Shown here: in pieces, positions 11,873 to 21,164 of the stretch
Position numbering within the stretch: the first letter of the stretch is position 1
How the letters are laid out: each line of letters begins with the position of its first letter
DNA from: Anaeromyxobacter sp.
GTDB taxonomy: Bacteria > Myxococcota > Myxococcia > Myxococcales > Anaeromyxobacteraceae
Direction: 5' to 3'
Assembly: GCA_049840735.1 (NCBI GenBank)
Contig: JASGJN010000011.1
Span: 71,951 to 135,950 of the forward strand
Length of the DNA: 64,000 nucleotides
Translations under genes and position numbers: made by a program
The notes under the pieces: model-generated
What the model was told of the DNA's origin: nothing
The model's database searches: none
What the model saw: only the letters and a program-made list of their open reading frames with translations

Positions 11873-13490
11873 GTGCACCACCCCGTCCGCCATCCTCGTC
11901 CCCCCTCCGCTCCCACTGCGCCCGCAGCCGCGCGCGGTCCGCCTTCCCGGTGGACGTGCGCGGCAGCTCCTCCAGCACCTCGAACCCCGCCGGCACCATG
12001 TAGTTGGGCAGCCGCGCCGCCAGGTGGGCCCGGAGCCCCGGCGCGTCCAGCGCCGCGCCGGCGCGCGCCACCACCGAGACCACGATCCGGTTGCCCGAGG
12101 CGGGGTCGGGCAGCGGCACCGCCACCGCCTCGCGCACCGCCGGGTGGCCCGCCAGCACCGCCTCGATCTCGCCCAGCTCGACGCGGTAGCCGCGCACCTT
12201 CACCATGTGATCGCGCCGGCCGCAGAAGGTGTACGCGCCGTCCGGCCGGAGCCGCACCCGGTCGCCGGTGCAGCAGGCCACGCCCGGCCGCCCGCGCGGA
12301 TCGGGCTTCAGCATGGCGGCGGTGCGGGCCGGGTCGTTCCAGTAGCCCAGCATGACGTTGCCGTCGCGCGCCCAGAGCGTGCCCTCGGCGCCGGGGCCGG
12401 TCACCTCGGCGCCGTCGTCCCCCATCACGAACGTCTCCATGTGCTCGCAGCCGATGCCGATGGGGATGGGCGCGTCGTCCCCCTCCGGCAGGACCGGCGG
12501 CACCACCTGGTAGGTGCAGACGTTGGTCTCGGTGGGGCCGAAGAGGTTCACCAGCGTCACGTCCGGCAGCGCCCGGCGCAGCCGCCGCAGCTGCGGGGTG
12601 GGGAAGACCTCGCCGGCGAAGAAGAGCAGCCGCAGCCGCGACGGCGGCCGCGCCTCGAGCCCGCCCGCGTCCAGCAGCGCCATCAGGACCGAGGGGACCG
12701 AGTACCAGACGGTGATGCCCCACGGGTCGAGCATCCGGACCAGGTACGGCGCCAGCATCCCCTCGGTCGGGGAGATGAGCCGGACCGAGGCGCCGGCGCC
12801 CAGCGACGCGAACAGGTCGGAGATGGAGAGATCGAAGTGGAACGGCGCGTGGCTGGAGAAGACGTCGTCGGAGCGGATCTGGAAGCGGTCCTGGACCCAG
12901 CGCACGAAGGCGGAGGCGGAGGCGTGCGTGTGGGCCACGCCCTTGGGCGTGCCGGTGGAGCCGGAGGTGTAGAGGACGTAGGCCAGGTCCCCTGGATCGG
13001 GCCGGGCGGGCTCGGCCGGCGGGCAGGCCAGCGCGTCGGCCAGCGGCTCGCACGGCAGGCCGGGGGCCAGCGCGGCGGCCTCGCCCCGCCCCACCCCGTC
13101 CACCAGCACCAGGCGCGGCCGCTGCCCGGCCAGGAACTCCGCCAGCGCCGGGCGCCGCGCCGCGTCCACGATCAGCGCCGCCAGCCCGCAGTCGAGCGCG
13201 ATGGTGCGCGCCCGCGGCGCCGGCGAGCGCGGGTCGATGGGCACGTAGGCGGCGCCGGCGTACAGCACCCCCAGCAGCGCCTGGGCGCAGGCCGCGGTCT
13301 TGTCCATCCACAGCCCGACCCGGTCGCCGCGCCCGATCCCCGCCTCGCGCAGCCGCGCCGCCACGCTGCAGGCGCCGCGGACGAGCGCGCCCCAGCCGAG
13401 CGCGCCGCCCGCGGCGGAGACCGCGATCTTGTCCGGGTGGGCCAGCGCGTGACCCGCCTCCAGGCACTCCACCAGCGTGCGGCGATCCAT
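11859..13490 (-). CDS. Stand-alone amino-acid adenylation enzyme (PltF/RedM/CloN4- or DltA-like)
   Basis: YTSGSTGTPKG, HAPFHFDLS, WYSVPS, AGEVFP, NLFGPTETNVC, TGD, PRTSTGK. Confidence 0.85.
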   Translation of the reverse strand: MDRRTLVECLEAGHALAHPDKIAVSAAGGALGWGALVRGACSVAARLREAGIGRGDRVGLWMDKTAACAQALLGVLYAGAAYVPIDPRSPAPRARTIALDCGLAALIVDAARRPALAEFLAGQRPRLVLVDGVGRGEAAALAPGLPCEPLADALACPPAEPARPDPGDLAYVLYTSGSTGTPKGVAHTHASASAFVRWVQDRFQIRSDDVFSSHAPFHFDLSISDLFASLGAGASVRLISPTEGMLAPYLVRMLDPWGITVWYSVPSVLMALLDAGGLEARPPSRLRLLFFAGEVFPTPQLRRLRRALPDVTLVNLFGPTETNVCTYQVVPPVLPEGDDAPIPIGIGCEHMETFVMGDDGAEVTGPGAEGTLWARDGNVMLGYWNDPARTAAMLKPDPRGRPGVACCTGDRVRLRPDGAYTFCGRRDHMVKVRGYRVELGEIEAVLAGHPAVREAVAVPLPDPASGNRIVVSVVARAGAALDAPGLRAHLAARLPNYMVPAGFEVLEELPRTSTGKADRARLRAQWERRGDEDGGRGGAHDGR

Positions 13491-13512
13491 GCGGTGGCTC
13501 CTCAGATGTAAA

Positions 13513-13670
13513 CGGGGGCTGCGCCCCCGCCCCGCCGGCAAAGCCGTCGGGGCCCCACCCCTGCTGCGCGGGGCCCTGCGCCGTGCTCGCCGCTTCGCGG
13601 CTCCGCGCGGCTGCCCCGCGTGGAGGGGCTACGCCCCTCCCCCCTGCTTCGCAGGGGCCCCCCGCCCCGT
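13513..13670. repeat. Palindrome-dense intergenic element (MITE/REP-like)
   Basis: Consecutive hairpins GGGGGCTGCGCCCCC, GGAGGGGCTACGCCCCTCC, CCCCTGCTTCGCAGGGG. Confidence 0.5.
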
Positions 13671-13708
13671 GACGAAGTCCATCGTGTTCGCCAAGCCACG
13701 TTCACCCT

Positions 13709-14851
13709 CTACAGCCCGAGCAGCCGGGCGATGATCCGGCGCTGCATCTCGGAGGTCCCGGAGTAGATCGTGCCCGGGATGGCGTCGCGCAGCTCGCGCT
13801 CCACCCCGTACTCGGTGGTGTACCCGTACCCGCCGTGGATCTGCAGCGCCGCCAGGGCCTGCCGCACGTGGGCCTCCGACACGAACAGCTTGGCGATGCA
13901 GGCGTCCAGGGTCGCGTCGCGCCCGGCGTCCTTCAGGGCGCCGACCCGGTAGAGCAGGAGCCGCCCCGCCTCGACCGCGACCTTCATGTCCACGATGGCG
14001 CCTGCCACCGGCGGGGCCTTGGCGATGGCCTGGCCGAACTGCCGGCGCTCCTTCGCGTACGCGATGGTGTCCGTGAGCAGCCGCTCCATCGCCCCCAGGT
14101 GCGCGGCGAAGATGCAGGTCCGCTCCCACTCCATGGCCGCCCCGAACACCGCCGAGCCGGCCCCCTCCGCGCCCAGCCGGTTCCCGGCCGGCACGCGGCA
14201 GCCCTCCAGCACCACCTCGCCCATGGGCGAGGTGCGCAGCCCCATCTTGGAGACGGGATCGGAGAAGGTCAGCCCGGCCATGCCCCGCTCCACCAGGAAC
14301 GCGGTCACCCCCGCCACCTTGGCGGCCGGGTCCACCGTGGCGAAGACCACCGCCACGTCGGCCACCGGGCCGTTGGTGGCGAAGGTCTTCACGCCGTCGA
14401 GCACGTACGCGTCGCCGTCGCGCCGCGCGCGGGTGGTGAGCGCCATGGCGTCCGAGCCGGACGCCGGCTCGCTCATGGCGTGCGCCCCGATCAGCTCGCC
14501 CCGGCAGAGCGCCGGCAGCACCCGGCGGCGCAGCGGCTCCTGCGCGAAGCGGAGCAGCGGGAGCTGCACGGCCCAGAGCTGCGCGTTGAGCGAGAAGACC
14601 AGGCCGTTGTCGCGGCAGCTGCGCCCCAGCGCCTCCATGGCCAGCAAGGTGGTGGTGAGGGTCTGCCCGCTGCCGCCGTACTCGGCCGGGATGGGCAGGC
14701 CCAGGAGCCCCAGCTCGGCGCAGGCCTTCCAGCGCTCGCGGTCGAAGAGCCCGCGCCGGTCACGGTCCACCAGCCCGTCGTTCAGGGAGGCCCCGAAGGC
14801 CTCCACCGCGGCGCACAGCGCGCGCTGCTCCTCGGTCGGCTCGAAGTCCAC
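13709..14851 (-). CDS. Acyl-CoA dehydrogenase family, L-prolyl-carrier dehydrogenase-like (PltE/RedW/CloN3)
   Basis: LGRSCRDNGLVFS, SEPASGSD, MEWER, QIHGGYGY, TIYSGTSEMQR; SD GAGGGG. Confidence 0.8.
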   Translation of the reverse strand: MDFEPTEEQRALCAAVEAFGASLNDGLVDRDRRGLFDRERWKACAELGLLGLPIPAEYGGSGQTLTTTLLAMEALGRSCRDNGLVFSLNAQLWAVQLPLLRFAQEPLRRRVLPALCRGELIGAHAMSEPASGSDAMALTTRARRDGDAYVLDGVKTFATNGPVADVAVVFATVDPAAKVAGVTAFLVERGMAGLTFSDPVSKMGLRTSPMGEVVLEGCRVPAGNRLGAEGAGSAVFGAAMEWERTCIFAAHLGAMERLLTDTIAYAKERRQFGQAIAKAPPVAGAIVDMKVAVEAGRLLLYRVGALKDAGRDATLDACIAKLFVSEAHVRQALAALQIHGGYGYTTEYGVERELRDAIPGTIYSGTSEMQRRIIARLLGL

Positions 14852-15023
14852 GGCCCCCTCCCGCCCGCGCGCCGCGTGGCGCCCGAGGAGAGGAGTGCGA
14901 GCGCGGCGCACCCTGGGCAACCACCGGAACGGAGCCAGCGGGCGAGGCGCCCCACCTCCCCCTCCCGCCCGTGCGCGCACGCGACCCATGACAGTCACGC
15001 CTCCTCCAGCTAGAACACCCCGC

Positions 15024-15968
15024 ATGGCCCAGCACGAGAGGCTCGTCATCATCGGCGGCGGTCCCGCCGGCTACACCGCGGCGCTGTACGCCGCCCGCGC
15101 CAACCTGAACCCGCTGCTGTTCGAGGGCCTGCAGCCCGGCGGGCAGCTCACCATCACCAGCGAGGTCGAGAACTTCCCCGGCTTCCCGGAGGGGATCCTC
15201 GGCCCCGAGCTGATGGAGAAGATGAAGAAGCAGGCCGAGCGCTTCGGCACCCGCTTCGAGACCGCCGAGATCACCCGGGTGGACCTCTCCCGCCGCCCCT
15301 TCCAGCTCTGGCAGGACGACCGGCTCTTCACCGCCGACACGGTGATCGTGGCCACTGGCGCCTCCGCCAAGTGGCTGGAGATCCCTTCCGAGAAGACCTA
15401 TCAAGGCAAGGGCGTCTCCGCCTGCGCCACCTGCGACGGCTTCTTCTTCCGGGGCGTGGAGGTGGCGGTGGTGGGCGGCGGCGACACCGCCATGGAGGAG
15501 GCCCACTTCCTCACCAAGTACGCCACCAAGGTCCACGTCCTGCACCGGCGCGACGAGCTGCGCGCCTCCAAGATCATGCAGGACCGGATCCGCAAGCACC
15601 CCAAGGTCGAGCTGCACCTGGGCGTGGTGATCGACGAGATCCTGGGCGACAGCAAGGTCGTGACCGGCGTGCGGCTCAAGGACGTGAAGGGCGGCGCCAC
15701 CCGCGAGCTGCCGCTCAAGGGCGTCTTCATGGGCATCGGCCACGAGCCCAACACCCGGCTCTTCAAGGGCCAGCTGGCCATGAACGACGTGGGTTACCTC
15801 ACGGTGAAGTCGCCCTCCACGGCGACCAGCGTCCCGGGCGTCTTCGCGGCCGGCGACGTGGCCGACCCGAGCTACCGCCAGGCCATCAGCGCCGCCGGCT
15901 CGGGCTGCTGCGCCGCCATCGACGCGGAGCGGTTCCTGGGCGAGCACGCCACCGAGCAGTGGGATTAG
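15024..15968 (+). CDS. trxB: Thioredoxin-disulfide reductase
   Basis: GGGPAG, CATCDG, GGGDTAMEEA, AAGDV. Confidence 0.97.
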   Translation: MAQHERLVIIGGGPAGYTAALYAARANLNPLLFEGLQPGGQLTITSEVENFPGFPEGILGPELMEKMKKQAERFGTRFETAEITRVDLSRRPFQLWQDDRLFTADTVIVATGASAKWLEIPSEKTYQGKGVSACATCDGFFFRGVEVAVVGGGDTAMEEAHFLTKYATKVHVLHRRDELRASKIMQDRIRKHPKVELHLGVVIDEILGDSKVVTGVRLKDVKGGATRELPLKGVFMGIGHEPNTRLFKGQLAMNDVGYLTVKSPSTATSVPGVFAAGDVADPSYRQAISAAGSGCCAAIDAERFLGEHATEQWD

Positions 15969-16765
15969 CGGCGCCGGGTCCGTGGGCCCAGCGCCCGCGG
16001 GTCCACCCGCAGGAACCCCACCGCGTTCCCGCCGCAGACGCGCCGGATCACCGCGTCGGAGAGGCCCGCGCGCGCCAGCCGGTCGGCGGCGCGGGGCAGG
16101 GCCAGCCGGTCCCCGCCGCCCAGCCCGGCGTCGGACGCCAGCACCAGGCCGTCCGGCCCCAGCGTCCGCACCACCCGGACCGCCGCGTCCAGGCCGGCCG
16201 AGCCGGCGCCGGAGAGCACCAGGCCGGCCAGGTGGCCCAGGGCCCGCACCGACCGCACCGTCCGCGCGTCCACCCCGGCCACCAGCGCCTGGCCCGGCTC
16301 CAGCTCGGCCTCCTGCAGCACCCCCAGCAGCCGCCGCGCCAGCCGCTCCGGGCTGCCCGCCGGCAGGGTCACCAGCACCGGCCGGCGCAGCTCCGCGGCC
16401 AGCTGGAGCTGGCGCGCCAGCACCCGCTCCTCCAGCTCGGTCCCCTCCGCAAGCCCCACCGCGCCGAGGGCCGCCACCTCCGGCCTCCCCAGCGCCTCGG
16501 GCAGCTCCGCCAGCAGCGCCTCCAGGCCGCGGGCCGGGATGCGCCGCGGGTGGACCCCCACGGCGGCATGGCCCGCCAGCCCCGCCGCCCGCAGCCGCCG
16601 GGCGCCCTCGACCACCTCCTCCCACCCCCGGCGCACGCCCGCCGCGCCGGCCCGCCCCAGCGCGTCGTCGGTCGGGACCAGCGCCCCGGCCACGCCGAAG
16701 AAGCGCAGGTCGGCCAGGTCGCGGGGCGACAGGGAGCGGGCGTGGAGCAGGGCGTCGAACCACAT
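15965..16765 (-). CDS. TatD-like TIM-barrel hydrolase (degenerate metal ligands)
   Basis: GVHPR, GAVGL, RQL.LA.EL..PV, LASD motifs. Confidence 0.6.
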   Translation of the reverse strand: MWFDALLHARSLSPRDLADLRFFGVAGALVPTDDALGRAGAAGVRRGWEEVVEGARRLRAAGLAGHAAVGVHPRRIPARGLEALLAELPEALGRPEVAALGAVGLAEGTELEERVLARQLQLAAELRRPVLVTLPAGSPERLARRLLGVLQEAELEPGQALVAGVDARTVRSVRALGHLAGLVLSGAGSAGLDAAVRVVRTLGPDGLVLASDAGLGGGDRLALPRAADRLARAGLSDAVIRRVCGGNAVGFLRVDPRALGPRTRRR

Positions 16766-16943
16766 CGGACGGATTCGTAACCAGAGGTGCGCTTCCGGCG
16801 CCTGCCTCCGCACGTCGCAGGGGGGCGCCCGGGGGGCCTGATCCGCGGCCGCGTCCTTCGCTGGACCCGCACCGGTGTGATAGATCAGGGACACTCGCCC
16901 GTCCGGAAAGTCCCGTCCGGACGCAGCGTTCCCGGAGGTCCTC

Positions 16944-17676
16944 GTGGCCCGAAGGCTGCTCCTCGCCGCGCTCGTCCTGGCGGCGGTGTCCACCGCCCAG
17001 GCGCAGACGTTCCCGACCGTGACCACGGACGCGCTCGCGAAGCGCACCGCCGCCGCGCCGGAGGCCTGGGACTTCACGCTGGTGGACGTCCGCTCGGTGC
17101 TCGAGTTCGACGAGGGGCACATCCCCGGGGCGCTCTCCATCCCGGCCTCGACCATCGCCGACGGGCTGCCCAAGGCCGTGCTCGATCACGGCCGCGAGGT
17201 GATCTTCTACTGCTCCGGGCCCAACTGCCCCGGCACCCGCACGGCCGCGCTGGCCGCGGCCCAGGCCGGCTTCGTCAAGCTGGCCGAGTACCGCGACGGC
17301 ATCCCGGGGTGGGCCGGCGCCCAGAAGCCGCTGGAGGGCCGGCCCAACCCGCCCTTCGCCGCCCGGCGCATCAGCACCTCGGCGCTCAACGCCCAGATTC
17401 TCGATGGGAGGCGAGCTCCAGCTGATCGACCTCCGGGATCCCGCCGAGTTCCGCACCGGCCACCTGCGCGGCGCCATCAACGTGCCCATCGACACCATCC
17501 CCGAGGCCGTGAAGAAGCTGCCCGAGGGACGCCTCTACCTGCTCGACCACGCCGGACACCAGTCGCCGGTCGCCGCGCGCGTGCTGGCGAAGCTCGGCCG
17601 CCGGGACATCTACCGCCTCGACGGCGGGATGATCGCCTGGCGCACCGCTGGCCTGAAGGTCGTCACCCAGGACTGA
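16944..17676 (+). CDS. Secreted tandem rhodanese-domain protein (frameshift ~17398)
   Basis: Signal peptide AQA; two DVR..EF..GHI.GA repeats; YCSGPNC in domain 1. Confidence 0.8.
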
Positions 17677-17679
17677 CCC

Positions 17680-19253
17680 ATGAAGATCGCCACCCGCCTC
17701 CAGTTCTCCTTCGGCCTCCTCCTGCTCATCGTCGTGGGCCTCGGCGCCTTCGGCGCCCTGGCCATGTACAGCACCGGCGGCAAGGTGTCGGCCGCGCTGA
17801 AGAGCGCGTTCGCCGCCGACGCGGCGGTGCAGGACGTGTCCGACGCCGTCCGGCAGGCCAACATCCTGACCGATCTGCACTCCAAGGCCGGGACGATCCC
17901 GGAGTTCGACCTGGACCGGCCCGTGGACGAGACCCTGGCCACGCTGTCCAAGGCGGACCCGGCCGCGGAGCAGGAGCTGCAGCCGCTGGTGCTGGACGTC
18001 CGCAAGAAGGGCAAGGCCCTGCGCGACGCCTCCGCGAACCAGGAGTGGCAGCGCGTGGGCTCGCTCAGCCCCGCCTACAAGGTCGCCACCGACGCCCTGG
18101 AGGAGCGGCTGAAGGTGATGAGGACCGAGCGCCGCGCGGTCATCGACGAGGAGATTGACCGCTCGCGCACGCAGGCCCGGTTCTTCTGGGTGGTCTCCAT
18201 CGTCGCGGTCATCCTGGGCGCCGCCTCGGTCGTCACCCTCTTCGCCTCCGTCCGCAACGGGCTCCTCCAGCCGCTGGCGCTCCTCTCCCGCACCGCCCGG
18301 CGCGTCTCGGCCGAGCGCGACCTCACCATCAAGGTCCCGGTGGCCGGCGACGAGGAAGATCCAGGAGCTGGGCCACGCCTTCGACGGCCTGATGCTCACG
18401 CTGCGCAACATCACCGTCGAGATGCGCGGCGCCACCGACCGGCTGCTCGAGTCGGCCACCCACCTGGGCGAGGCCACCTCCGTGCACGGCGAGACCATCG
18501 CCCGCCAGGCCAGCGCCCTCGAGGAGGCGCGCCGGACCTCCAGCGTGCTGCGCGACTCCTCCCGCACCGCCGCCAGCCAGGCCGACGACGTGCTCCGCGT
18601 CGCCGAGCGCGCCGAGGAGCTGGGCCGCGACGGCGAGTCGGCCATGACCGCCAGCCTCACCGGCGTGCAGGCCATGCAGGATCAGACGCGGCAGGTGGTG
18701 GAGCGGATCGCCCGCCTGGCCTCCTCCGCGCAGCGCATCGGCGACATCACCGCCACGGTGAAGGACCTGGCCGACCAGTCCAACGTGCTGGCCCTCAACG
18801 CCGCCATCGAGGCCTCCCGCGCCGGCGAGGCCGGCGTGGGCTTCGGCGTGGTGGCCCGCGAGATTCCGGACCCTGGCCGACCGCTCCATCCGCGCCACCG
18901 CCGAGGTGCGCACGGTGCTGGCGGAGGTCCTCGCCGGCATCCGCGACTCCGCCGCGCTGGTGGAGGCCGCCAACACCGGCCTGGAGGACGGCGCCGCCCG
19001 CACCCGCCGCCTGGGCGAGAGCCTCACCGGCCTCTCCGGCATCGTCCGCGAGAACCTGGGCGCGGTGCGCGAGATCGCCGGCGCCGTGGCCGGCCAGGAC
19101 GGCGGCATCGGCCAGATCTCCAACGCCGTGGACGACCTGGCCCGCATGATGGAGGAGACGGTCAAGTCGGTGAACACCACCGGCGACGCCGCGGGCGTGC
19201 TCCGCGAGGTCTCCGAGCAGGTGTCCTCGGCGGTGAAGGCGTTCCGGGTGTAG
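17680..19253 (+). CDS. Methyl-accepting chemotaxis protein (frameshifts ~18356 and ~18864)
   Basis: 2 TM, HAMP, and QSNVLALNAAIEASRAGEAGVGFGVVAREI signalling hairpin. Confidence 0.9.
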
Positions 19254-19260
19254 GCCCGCT

Positions 19261-20058
19261 TCACCCGTCCTTCACCAGCAGCGTGACCCCGCCTTCCTCG
19301 ACCGGCTCGAGCGGCAGCCCCTGCGCCAGCGGCAGCTCCACCGGGCCGAGCAGCAGCGCGCCGCGGGGGGCCAGCGCGTCGGCCAGCCGGCGCAGCGCCC
19401 GCTCGGCCACCGCCGGCTCGAAGTAGATGACCACGTTCCGGGCCAGGATCACGTCGAACGGACCGCCGGCCGGCGGCGGATCGGTCACCAGGTTCTGCTG
19501 CTCGAAGCGGACCCGGTGCGCCAGCGAGGTGGCCACCCGCCGCCGCGCGCCCGGCTCCGGGGGACCGAACCAGCGCGCCACCCGCTCCGGCGTGAGCCGG
19601 CGCAGCGCGCGCGGTCCGTAGCAGCCCTCGCGCGCCGCTTCCAGCGCGCGCGCCGAGAGGTCGGTGGCCACCAGCGGCGAGGTCCGGTCCGGGGCCGCCT
19701 CGAGCAGCGCCATGGCCAGGCTGTAGGCCTCCTCGCCGGTGGCGCAGCCCGCCGACCAGAGCGAGAGCGGGCGGGGCGCGACCGCGGCGCGGCGCGCCAC
19801 CGCCTCCAGCCCCTCGCCCAGCCGCCAGAACCAGGTCTCGCCCACCCGGACGTGCTCGAGGAGCAGCGCCACCGCGGCCGGATCGCGGAAGGCCACCGCG
19901 GCCACCAGCGCCTCCACCGGCGCGCCGGCCTCGGCGGCCGCCGCGCGCAGCCCGTCCTGCAGCGTGGGCCCGAGCGGGCCGGCGAAGGAGAGCCCCGCCG
20001 CCTCGGCCAGCACCGCGGCCACCGCCGCCAGGTCCGGCCCCGACGGACTGGGCGCCAC
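19261..20058 (-). CDS. cheR: Chemotaxis methyltransferase CheR
   Basis: ETWFWR, WSAGCATGEEAYS, RNVVIYF. Confidence 0.9.
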   Translation of the reverse strand: MAPSPSGPDLAAVAAVLAEAAGLSFAGPLGPTLQDGLRAAAAEAGAPVEALVAAVAFRDPAAVALLLEHVRVGETWFWRLGEGLEAVARRAAVAPRPLSLWSAGCATGEEAYSLAMALLEAAPDRTSPLVATDLSARALEAAREGCYGPRALRRLTPERVARWFGPPEPGARRRVATSLAHRVRFEQQNLVTDPPPAGGPFDVILARNVVIYFEPAVAERALRRLADALAPRGALLLGPVELPLAQGLPLEPVEEGGVTLLVKDG

Positions 20059-20060
20059 GG

Positions 20061-21164
20061 CTAGCCCTTCGCCAGCTTCACCAGGGCCGGAGCGATCTCG
20101 TCCAGCTCCAGCTGCACCGCCGCGCCGCCCTTCTCCAGGGCCACGCGGGGCATGCCGAACACCACCGAGCTCTGCGGCCCCTGCGCCGCCGTCCAGGCGC
20201 CGCGGTCGCGGAGGACCTTGAGGCCGTCGGCCCCGTCGTCGCCCATTCCGGACAGGACCAGGCCGGCCGCCGACGGGCCGTACTCGCGCGCCAGCGACTG
20301 GAACAGCGCCGTGCCGGAGGGCTTGAACCCGCGCACCGGCTCGCCGGGCACGAAGCGCACGAAGCCGCCCGAGGCGCCCATGTGCACGCCGGAGGGGGCC
20401 ACGTAGGCGACGCCGGGCTTGAGCGCATCGCCGTCGTCCGGGATGCGCACGCGCAGGCCGGTCTCGGCCGAGAGCCAGTGGACCAGGCCGGCCTCGAACC
20501 CCTCGGCGATGTGCTGCACCACCAGGATGGGGATGGGGTAGCCGCTGGGCAGGTCGCGGAAGATCTTGGCCAGCGCCGCCGGGCCGCCGGTGGAGGCGGC
20601 GATGCCGATCACCCGCGGCGCGGTGGCCGGCAGGAGCGTGATGGCGGCCGCCGAGCCGGGCGGCGGCAGGGGCTCGCGGGGCGCCGCGGGGACGCCGGGC
20701 AGGCCGGGGCCGGGCGGCGGGCGCGCCGCCACCGAGGGGCGGCGGTGGCGGGTCACCAGCTGGAGGCCCGCCACGGCGCGGACCGCCATCCGGATCTCCT
20801 CCGCCTCCTTCTCGAAGCGGCCGGGCACGTCGGCGCGCGGCTTGCCCAGGACCTCGACGGCCCCGAACCCCAGCGCCTTGAAGGAGACCTCCTGCTTGTC
20901 CGCCCCGGCGCCGGCCTCGGACGACACCACCACGATGGGCGTCGGCCGCTGCCGCATGATCTCGTCGATGGCGGTCAGCCCGTCCTTGCCGGGCATGCGC
21001 ACGTCCATCGTGACCACGTCCGGCCGCAGCGCCATCACCTGGGTCACGGCCTCGTCGCCGTCGGCCGCCTCGCCGATGATCTCGATGTCCGGGGCGCGCC
21101 CCAGGATCGTGCGGAGGATGGCGCGGAAGGCCCGCGAGTCGTCTGCGATGAGGACCTTGATCAT
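20061..21164 (-). CDS. cheB: Chemotaxis response regulator methylesterase CheB
   Basis: REC domain plus ASTGG, QHI, GMGDDG. Confidence 0.93.
   Translation of the reverse strand: MIKVLIADDSRAFRAILRTILGRAPDIEIIGEAADGDEAVTQVMALRPDVVTMDVRMPGKDGLTAIDEIMRQRPTPIVVVSSEAGAGADKQEVSFKALGFGAVEVLGKPRADVPGRFEKEAEEIRMAVRAVAGLQLVTRHRRPSVAARPPPGPGLPGVPAAPREPLPPPGSAAAITLLPATAPRVIGIAASTGGPAALAKIFRDLPSGYPIPILVVQHIAEGFEAGLVHWLSAETGLRVRIPDDGDALKPGVAYVAPSGVHMGASGGFVRFVPGEPVRGFKPSGTALFQSLAREYGPSAAGLVLSGMGDDGADGLKVLRDRGAWTAAQGPQSSVVFGMPRVALEKGGAAVQLELDEIAPALVKLAKG

Noticed and set aside
10978..13490. dlt D-alanylation operon
   Set aside because: No MBOAT DltB or DltD nearby, and a prolyl-carrier dehydrogenase-like gene is co-oriented; not fully excluded
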